From NCBI GenBank assembly GCA_027053075.1, contig JALUEE010000054.1, positions 1 to 43,608 on the forward strand: a DNA stretch of 43,608 bases, given 5' to 3'. Origin of the DNA: a candidate division WOR-3 bacterium (GTDB lineage: Bacteria > Hydrothermota > Hydrothermia > B15-G9 > WFZT01). Every line of letters starts with the position of its first letter. The first letter of the stretch is position 1. The position numbers and the translations under genes were made by a program. The notes below the pieces were generated by a model. That model saw only the letters and a list, made by a program, of their open reading frames with translations, had not been told where the DNA came from and did no database searches. Positions 37,090-43,608 of the stretch are shown here, piece by piece.

Positions 37090-39345
37090 CTACTTTCCCT
37101 CAAGCTCCTGTGCGTCAACCACCGCCATTGCCGCTATGTTCACGATATCTTTAACTTCATCGCCTCTCTGGAGCACATGAATTGATTTCGAAGCACCCAT
37201 CAGTACCGGCCCTATTGCCTCAGCATCCCCGAGACGCTGAAGCAATTTGTACGACACATTGGCTGCCTCAAGGTCAGGGAAGACAAGGACATTGGCATCC
37301 TTCACCCTGCTGAATGGATACGTGCTCTCCACAATTTCAGGTACAACTGCCGTATCTGCCTGCATTTCTCCATCTATGACAATGTCCGGTCGTTTCTGAC
37401 GCACAATCTCCACTGCTCTTCTCACCTTTTCACTAAGAGGATGCGGAGTGGAGCCAAAGTTGGAGAATGACAGCATGGCCACACGAGGCTCAATGTCAAA
37501 CTTCTTCGCAAGGTCTGCTGCAAGGATAGCGATTTCTGCAAGGTCTTCTTCAGTGGGTTCGATATTCACCGTTGCATCAGTGAAGAAGTACACCTTGTCT
37601 TTAACTATCATGATGTAAAGGCCGGCAACCCTCTTTACGCCTTTACGAGGTTTAACGATCTGAAGGGCAGGCCTCAGAACCTCTGGATAGTGATAGGTAA
37701 GCCCTGAGACAAATGCATCAGCGTCGCCCATATAGACCATCATGGGCCCAAAGTAGTTTGGTTGCTGCATTAACATCCTTGCCTCGGTGAGGGTCACACC
37801 TTTCCTCTGCCTTAACTCATAGAGTTTCTGGACATACTCGTCAAATTTTGGATAGGTTTCCGGATTTACTGTATCCACGTTACAGCATTTCAGACCTAGT
37901 GATTCGATTTTGGCTTCAATAACTTCCTTTCTTCCAATCAAAATGGGATGAGCTATGCCTTCCTCAATAAGGATGTGTGCCGCCCTGATAATTTTGGACT
38001 CCTCACCCTCCGCGAAGACGACCTTTTTCGGATTGGATTTTGCCTTATTGATGATTATTCTCATAACTTCGCGGGATTTTCCAAGCCTTGCCTCAAGCTT
38101 TTCCCTGTATTCATCAAGATCAATGTGGAACCTTGCTACACCGGTTTCCATGGCAGCTTTTGCCACAGCAGGTGCCTCCCATAGCAAAACACGTGGGTCA
38201 AGGGGCTTTGGAATAATGTAATCAGGTCCAAACTTCAGAGATTCCACTCCGTAGGCCTTCAAAACACTGTCGGGAACATCTTCTTTTGCAAGGTCTGCAA
38301 GGGCATGAACTGCCGCAATTTTCATTTCGTCATTGATTGCCTTGGCACCAACATCAAGGGCTCCCCTGAAGATAAATGGGAATCCGAGAACGTTGTTCAC
38401 CTGGTTGGGATAGTCACTTCTACCGGTTGCCACTATTGCATCGGGTCTTGCCTCTTTCGCGTCCTCATATCTGATTTCAGGATCAGGATTCGCCATTGCA
38501 AAGATGATTGGCTTGTCCGCCATACTCTTAACCATTTCTTTTGTTAAAATATTGGGCTGCGAAACACCGATAAATACGTCAGCACCTTTAATAGCCTCTT
38601 CGAGGGTTCGCACGGGCAATTCGGTGGCAAACCTCTCTTTATACAGATTCATTCCCTCTTTTCTGCCCTTGTAGATGACACCGCGTGAGTCAATCATGAT
38701 AATATTTTCACGTTTTGCCCCAAGCTTGACGTAGAGCTCAGCACAGGCAATTCCTGCTGCGCCGGCGCCGCTTACTACAATTTTCACATCCTCAATTTTC
38801 TTTCCCTGAATCTCAAGGGCATTAATGAGGCCTGCAGCGGAGATAATCGCTGTTCCATGCTGATCATCATGGAAAACCGGAATCTCCATAATCTCTTTGA
38901 GTTTTTCCTCGACGTAGAAACATTCCGGGGCCTTTATATCCTCAAGGTTAATGCCGCCAAACGTGGGTTCCAGAAGTTTTACCGTTCTAATGATTTCATC
39001 AGGGTCCTGGGTATCAAGCTCTATGTCAAAAACATCAATATCGGCAAATCTTTTAAAAAGGACCCCCTTACCCTCCATTACCGGCTTTGCAGCAAGTGCT
39101 CCTCTATTACCGAGTCCAAGAATTGCTGTTCCATTTGAAACCACAGCTACAAGATTACCCTTCGCAGTGTATTTATAGGCAAGTGCGGGGTCCCTGTCGA
39201 TCTCCCTAACAGGTTCCGCCACACCTGGTGTGTAAGCAAGGGAAAGGTCCCTCTGGGTATTTAAAGGTTTTGTTGGCTTAACCTCGATTTTTCCTGGCCT
39301 TCCTTTGCTATGGTATTCAAGAGCTTCTTCTTTTGTTATTAACAT
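37090..39345 (-). CDS. maeB: NADP-dependent malic enzyme with C-terminal phosphotransacetylase-like domain
   Basis: [67 protein letters not shown]-like FAEGE...LSFSNFGS...DGEMQAD; start set at ATG 39345 behind GGAGG. Confidence 0.95.
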   Translation of the reverse strand: MLITKEEALEYHSKGRPGKIEVKPTKPLNTQRDLSLAYTPGVAEPVREIDRDPALAYKYTAKGNLVAVVSNGTAILGLGNRGALAAKPVMEGKGVLFKRFADIDVFDIELDTQDPDEIIRTVKLLEPTFGGINLEDIKAPECFYVEEKLKEIMEIPVFHDDQHGTAIISAAGLINALEIQGKKIEDVKIVVSGAGAAGIACAELYVKLGAKRENIIMIDSRGVIYKGRKEGMNLYKERFATELPVRTLEEAIKGADVFIGVSQPNILTKEMVKSMADKPIIFAMANPDPEIRYEDAKEARPDAIVATGRSDYPNQVNNVLGFPFIFRGALDVGAKAINDEMKIAAVHALADLAKEDVPDSVLKAYGVESLKFGPDYIIPKPLDPRVLLWEAPAVAKAAMETGVARFHIDLDEYREKLEARLGKSREVMRIIINKAKSNPKKVVFAEGEESKIIRAAHILIEEGIAHPILIGRKEVIEAKIESLGLKCCNVDTVNPETYPKFDEYVQKLYELRQRKGVTLTEARMLMQQPNYFGPMMVYMGDADAFVSGLTYHYPEVLRPALQIVKPRKGVKRVAGLYIMIVKDKVYFFTDATVNIEPTEEDLAEIAILAADLAKKFDIEPRVAMLSFSNFGSTPHPLSEKVRRAVEIVRQKRPDIVIDGEMQADTAVVPEIVESTYPFSRVKDANVLVFPDLEAANVSYKLLQRLGDAEAIGPVLMGASKSIHVLQRGDEVKDIVNIAAMAVVDAQELEGK

Positions 39346-39410
39346 TTTTCCACCTCCAATTTTTAACAACTTTGCAATTTCACAAATTTAAATGCTATCT
39401 GAGAGATAAA

Positions 39411-40175
39411 TCAACCCCTTTTGTTTATAAAATCATCTATTCTCTTCCTCCAATCAGGAGTGGTTGAAAGATATGCGAAGCTATCGGCACTCAGATTAGA
39501 GAGCATGTGAATCAGGGCTCCGTAAAAATTATTTGCAATCGATTTCTGAATTTCGAGGGCAAGGTCTGAGCCTTCTAAAATCATCTGAACTATTTCCTCC
39601 CCCTTTTCCATTAATTTGTCGTGGTCCACAAGATAATCCCCGAGCCCCATTTCAAAGGCTTCCTCGCCACTCAAAATTCTGCCTGTGAGAATGAGTTCCT
39701 TGGCACGTCCCAGTCCCACAAGGGCAATTAATCTCATTGTACATCCCGTGGGGAATACTGCCCCTACCTTGACTGCAGGAAACCCTATCTTTGCATTCTT
39801 ACTCAAAACACGGATATCCGACGACATGGCAACTCCAAAGCCACCGCCCATGGCATAACCATTAACCAATGCCACTGTGGGTCGCGGGAAATTGAAAATA
39901 TCTTCCATGAGACCTTCTAACTCGAGTGCGAACTCCCGGGCCTTGGTGGTATCCTCAAAATCGTTCAGAATACTCAGGTCAACCCCGGTGGAGAAGGATT
40001 TCTCACCTGCTCCGGTTATGATCAGCGCCCTCACATTTTTAACCTGCCTCAATGAGGAAAGTGCTTCCCTGAACTCCTTCAGCATCTCGAGGTTGAATGA
40101 GTTATGCTTATCCACCCGGTTCATAAATAGAACAGCATAATCTTCCCTTTTTTCAACCAGTATATACTTCTCCAC
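39411..40175 (-). CDS. Enoyl-CoA hydratase/isomerase (crotonase) family protein, atypical active site
   Basis: FSTGVDL, VNGYAMGGG, GRAKELILTG; the canonical Glu positions read GGGFGVA and FPAVKVG. Confidence 0.85.
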   Translation of the reverse strand: MEKYILVEKREDYAVLFMNRVDKHNSFNLEMLKEFREALSSLRQVKNVRALIITGAGEKSFSTGVDLSILNDFEDTTKAREFALELEGLMEDIFNFPRPTVALVNGYAMGGGFGVAMSSDIRVLSKNAKIGFPAVKVGAVFPTGCTMRLIALVGLGRAKELILTGRILSGEEAFEMGLGDYLVDHDKLMEKGEEIVQMILEGSDLALEIQKSIANNFYGALIHMLSNLSADSFAYLSTTPDWRKRIDDFINKRG

Positions 40176-40216
40176 AATTGCCTCCTTTTTCTTTTTATTG
40201 TAAAGGGAAGGGAGAA

Positions 40217-41242
40217 TCAGTTCAAAAGGCCCTTTTTCCGCCAGATAAGCTTTGCCCGTGCCTTATTCAAAAGATGCTGCCTCCATGTTCTGGCAAAGAA
40301 ATGAGTACCATCCCCTTTGGCAACAAAATACAGGTATTTTGTCTTTGCAGGATAGAGGGCTGCTTTTATGGAGGCAAGGCCAGGAGAACAGATGGGACCT
40401 GGTGGCAATCCCGGGTATTTATAAGTGTTATAGGGAGAATCTATCCTCAGGTCTTCATAAGTTAGAATTGTTTTGTGTTTTGGCAGTAAATACTCGACCG
40501 TAGCGCAGGACTCGAGGGGCTGACCACGCTTTAACCTGTTGTAAAAAACACCTGCAATAAGAGGCTTCTCCCAGTCAACCATCGCCTCTTTCTCAATAAT
40601 TGATGCAAGGGTAATAATCTGGTGAACAGTCATGCCGAGAGACTCTACCCTTGCGGTAAATGCCGGGGTCCAGAGCTCAAAAAGTCTGTGAACCATGGTT
40701 TCAATAATTTCTTCCTCCGGCTCACCCCAATAGAACTTATATGTATCAGGGAAAAGGTAACCTTCAAGTGTCGGGGGATGATCAAGCAGCGGATACTTTA
40801 GCGCAAGTTTTCGAATGAACACTTTGTCCGCTGCAAGGGTCAAAAATCTATCTTCATCAATCAAAAGTTTATAGTGCAGGAGCTGGGCAATATCTCTCAG
40901 GGTGTAGCCTTCAGGAATGGTTACAACCACCTCCTGAATACCTGCGTTTTCTCTGGTCATTGCCCACAGTACCCGGAGCTCTGAAAGCCCTTTCCTCAAG
41001 GTGTAGCGACCGCTACGAATACTTTTATCCTTTCCTGTTAGAATGGCAAGAATGCGGAAAAGCTCCGGATGCCTGATAATCCCTTCCTGCTTTAACCTTT
41101 CTGCCACAGAATAGGCTGTCTCCCCGCGTTTTACAATAAAATCCACCTCCTCCTTACCGCTTACAGGCTCGAGGAAAAATATATAGCTCAAATATGCGGT
41201 AAAGAGGAAAGAAAACACAGTAAAAAATGTGAGCTTTCTCAT
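40217..41242 (-). CDS. mltG: Endolytic transglycosylase MltG (YceG family)
   Basis: N-terminal TM, TIPEG, LEGYLFPDTY, LASIIEKE, VFYNRL, SPYNTY..PGLPPGPI.SPG, YLYFV. Confidence 0.95.
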   Translation of the reverse strand: MRKLTFFTVFSFLFTAYLSYIFFLEPVSGKEEVDFIVKRGETAYSVAERLKQEGIIRHPELFRILAILTGKDKSIRSGRYTLRKGLSELRVLWAMTRENAGIQEVVVTIPEGYTLRDIAQLLHYKLLIDEDRFLTLAADKVFIRKLALKYPLLDHPPTLEGYLFPDTYKFYWGEPEEEIIETMVHRLFELWTPAFTARVESLGMTVHQIITLASIIEKEAMVDWEKPLIAGVFYNRLKRGQPLESCATVEYLLPKHKTILTYEDLRIDSPYNTYKYPGLPPGPICSPGLASIKAALYPAKTKYLYFVAKGDGTHFFARTWRQHLLNKARAKLIWRKKGLLN

Positions 41243-41673
41243 AAAGATCGCCTCCTCTTAAATTCTAAATAATCTTCCAGCAAAATTCCTGCCGCAAATA
41301 GGTCAATTTTTTCCTTATTTCTGGAAGGCTTGATTCCACGCGATCTTAGCTCCATTTCGGCCATTTTTGATGTAAACCTTTCATCGTGAAGCACCACTGG
41401 CACTGTCAAATTTTTTTCCAGTTCCTCTTTAAATTTTTTTACCTGCTCTGCCACACGTCCCTCTTTTCCAGACAGAAGATAGGGCATTCCAAGCACAATT
41501 TCTGTTACATTCATCTCTTCCACTATCTCGGAAATTCGCTTTACCGGGTCCTGCTTTTTGGGCTTTACAACTTCAAGAGGTGAGACGATTATCTGCATTT
41601 CATCTGTAATAGCAAGTCCGATGCGCGCCTCACCGTAATCTATAGCCAGTATTCTGCCCTTAGACTCTTCCAT
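41239..41673 (-). CDS. ruvX: Holliday junction resolvase-like / pre-16S rRNA nuclease RuvX (YqgF)
   Basis: ILAIDYGEARIGLAITD, IVLGMP, DERFTS, ID..AA..LLE.YL; start probably ATG 41673. Confidence 0.93.
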   Translation of the reverse strand: MEESKGRILAIDYGEARIGLAITDEMQIIVSPLEVVKPKKQDPVKRISEIVEEMNVTEIVLGMPYLLSGKEGRVAEQVKKFKEELEKNLTVPVVLHDERFTSKMAEMELRSRGIKPSRNKEKIDLFAAGILLEDYLEFKRRRSL

Positions 41674-42559
41674 TGTTCTTTGCAAGGAAAAAGCTCCCTA
41701 AAATCCCGGCATCGTCACAAAGGAGAGCTCGCTTAACATTTGTCTCTCTTCCCGGAATCTTCATCATTCTTTTTTCTATCTCTTCAAACATTGAGTCTTT
41801 AAAAAGCTCAAATGCGTTTGACACTCCACCACCAAGAATTACCACATCAGGGTCAAAAATATGAATATAATTTGTAATGGCTACTCCGAGATACCTGCCA
41901 TACTCCTTGAAAAGCTCGAGAGCAAGCTTATTCCCATTAACAGCCATATCGTACAGCTCTTTCACTTCGCTAAAATTCTTCTTGAGAAGCAGTCCGGCTC
42001 GCTTAAGAAAGTATGGAGTTCCTATAAATGATTCTACACAACCTCTATTACCGCAGTTGCACTGAGGACCGTCTATTTCAATGGTCATATGTCCAAGCTC
42101 TGCAGCAGCATATAGAGAGCCCACATAAAGCCTTCCATTCAAAATCAATGCTCCTCCAATACCAGTGCCCAGGGTGAGAACAACGAGGTTTTCGTACCCT
42201 CTGCCAGCTCCAAACTGCCATTCTCCAAGGGCATAATTATTGGCATCGTTCCCGATAAAAACATTCACTTTAAAGGCATCTTCAATGGGTTCCCTCAAAT
42301 TCACCTCATCCCAATCTTTGAAATTTGGAGGGATTCTAACGACACCGGTGCTCATATCAACGAGTCCGGGCATTCCAATTCCGATGGATACTACTCCTGC
42401 CTCCCAGACACTGGCAATGCTCGACTTTATGTTTTTTATAACCGTGAGAGGTCCCTCATGGGCCTCTGTCTTCTCACGTCCACGCTTGAGGATTTTGCCG
42501 TTGTCATCAAGGAGTGCACTTTTTATGTATGTTCCACCAACATCAACGCCGATTATCAT
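41660..42559 (-). CDS. ROK family sugar kinase (glucokinase-like)
   Basis: IGVDVGGT, GIGMPG, NDAN..ALGE, TLGTGIGG, ELGH, CNCGNRGCVE, ILGGGV. Confidence 0.93.
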   Translation of the reverse strand: MIIGVDVGGTYIKSALLDDNGKILKRGREKTEAHEGPLTVIKNIKSSIASVWEAGVVSIGIGMPGLVDMSTGVVRIPPNFKDWDEVNLREPIEDAFKVNVFIGNDANNYALGEWQFGAGRGYENLVVLTLGTGIGGALILNGRLYVGSLYAAAELGHMTIEIDGPQCNCGNRGCVESFIGTPYFLKRAGLLLKKNFSEVKELYDMAVNGNKLALELFKEYGRYLGVAITNYIHIFDPDVVILGGGVSNAFELFKDSMFEEIEKRMMKIPGRETNVKRALLCDDAGILGSFFLAKNNGRV

Positions 42560-42566
42560 TCTTTAT

Positions 42567-42595
42567 AAGTTAAAAGTTGTGCCAAATAATTTCAA
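42567..42595 (-). promoter_or_regulatory. Putative promoter for a leaderless ROK-ruvX-mltG transcript
   Basis: TTGAAA (42595-42590) - 17 nt - TAACTT (42572-42567) - 7 nt - ATG; no SD. Confidence 0.4.
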
Positions 42596-42731
42596 GGCAA
42601 AAGGAAATTCATCATCTCTGAAATCTCTTGTTTTAAGCAACTTTCAGATGATTAGTGGCTGATCTACCGTCACGCACTGAATATAAGGTATCCTCAACCT
42701 TTTAAAATTTCAATAAAAATCTTCAAAATCT

Positions 42732-42767
42732 CCCTCTCCCGCTTGCGGGAGAGGGTTGGGGTGAGGG
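42732..42767 (+). repeat. Hairpin + mirror-repeat element, copy 9
   Basis: CCCTCTCCCGC-TT-GCGGGAGAGGG-TTG-GGGTGAGGG. Confidence 0.85.
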
Positions 42768-42803
42768 CTACATCTTGAATTTTTTAAGATTTCAAGCGGA
42801 AAG

Positions 42804-42851
42804 CCCCCTCCCTTTGATCCCTCCCCCGCAGGCTCTGCCTGCGGGGGAGGG
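42804..42851 (-). repeat. Hairpin + mirror-repeat element (type B), copy 10
   Basis: CCCCCTCCC-TTTGAT-CCCTCCCCCGCAGGC-TCT-GCCTGCGGGGGAGGG. Confidence 0.85.
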
Positions 42852-42979
42852 AAAGTTTTTTATTGCATAGGGTATCACAAGCATCGCTTGTTAGAAAAAT
42901 ACTTCCGTGTGTTTTCTATGACAATTCTCGCGCCTTTGGACTTTAAATTCAATTATTTAATCTCACATGCCAAAATTCT

Positions 42980-43027
42980 TCCTCTCCCCGCATAAATTCT
43001 TTGCGGGGAGAGGATAAAGGTGAGGGG
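42980..43027 (+). repeat. Hairpin + mirror-repeat element, copy 11
   Basis: TCCTCTCCCCGCA-TAAATTCTT-TGCGGGGAGAGGA-TAAA-GGTGAGGGG. Confidence 0.85.
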
Positions 43028-43054
43028 TTACATCTTAGCAATCAAACTTAACAC

Positions 43055-43606
43055 TTACCTTTTCCCCGGAAAATTATATAAAAGCATGCCATTGGGGTGC
43101 TCCATGCCATTGAAATAAGTCCCAGCACTTACTTTTAAAACTGGATGATAATTCCCATTAATATTAACACTATCTTCTCCTAATACTAATGGAACACCAA
43201 AACCATTTGTCCAATACTTAATTGTTTCTGCAATATGTAACATTTCTCTATCTATATAAGTTGGCTCTCCTCCACTTATTGTAACAGAATAACCAGGATA
43301 TGTATAATAATAAGGATCCATCTCATTAGGAATTATTAGTGCAGTAAGAAACTCCTGCATCGTTGCACCTTGGAATAGATTATACACAGCTACGCTTGCA
43401 CCGCCGCGATAAATATATCCTTGTGCATTATCATTAAAATAATTAGACGCATGATAAGCATTAGCAGAATACTTACCATAAATTATAATCTCTCCTGGAT
43501 GTGGTCTTTTAGCAGTACCTTCATGTTGAAAATATTGATACCAATCTGTGCTATCTTGTAAATCAGCAACAATGATTTCTGGCATAAATTGTAAAGAATT
43601 ACTTTC
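43055..43606 (-). CDS. Hypothetical protein, 5'-truncated by the window edge; AT-rich
   Basis: The frame stays open upstream of ATG 43585 to the window end (…ESNSLQFMPEII…); Tyr/Asn/Gly-rich; no recognisable motif. Confidence 0.65.
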   Translation of the reverse strand, partial: ESNSLQFMPEIIVADLQDSTDWYQYFQHEGTAKRPHPGEIIIYGKYSANAYHASNYFNDNAQGYIYRGGASVAVYNLFQGATMQEFLTALIIPNEMDPYYYTYPGYSVTISGGEPTYIDREMLHIAETIKYWTNGFGVPLVLGEDSVNINGNYHPVLKVSAGTYFNGMEHPNGMLLYNFPGKR

Positions 43607-43608
43607 AT

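Noticed and set aside
515..43608. Near-total minus-strand gene bias
   Set aside because: Ordinary co-orientation with replication and operon structure; not informative on its own

Overview
43.6-kb bacterial chromosomal segment with almost every gene on the minus strand. It probably comes from a diderm, possibly uncultured lineage (inference only). Left third (515-15376): a tightly coupled four-gene operon of Sec-exported proteins behind a near-consensus sigma70 promoter. It encodes a 3138-aa giant (TANFOR-like N-terminus, long repetitive beta-rich core, helical stalk, C-terminal FN3/Ig-like repeats), an FN3-repeat protein, a TPR protein and a probable outer-membrane beta-barrel. This is the best candidate for an undescribed surface or secretion system. 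The rest is largely housekeeping/metabolic: a small wHTH protein, livKHMGF, miaB, pyrK-like, a sugar-phosphate transferase, a carboxyltransferase, a PilT/PilU ATPase, a FAD oxidoreductase, a beta-oxidation operon (including a thiolase paralog that has lost both catalytic cysteines), maeB, an atypical crotonase, mltG, ruvX/yqgF, a ROK kinase and a truncated AT-rich ORF. Intergenic DNA carries about 11 copies of a hairpin+mirror-repeat element with intrastrand-triplex geometry arranged in mosaics, a family of GC-rich post-stop hairpins, and a ~290-bp MITE-like element. No tRNA, rRNA, CRISPR array or transposase was recognised.
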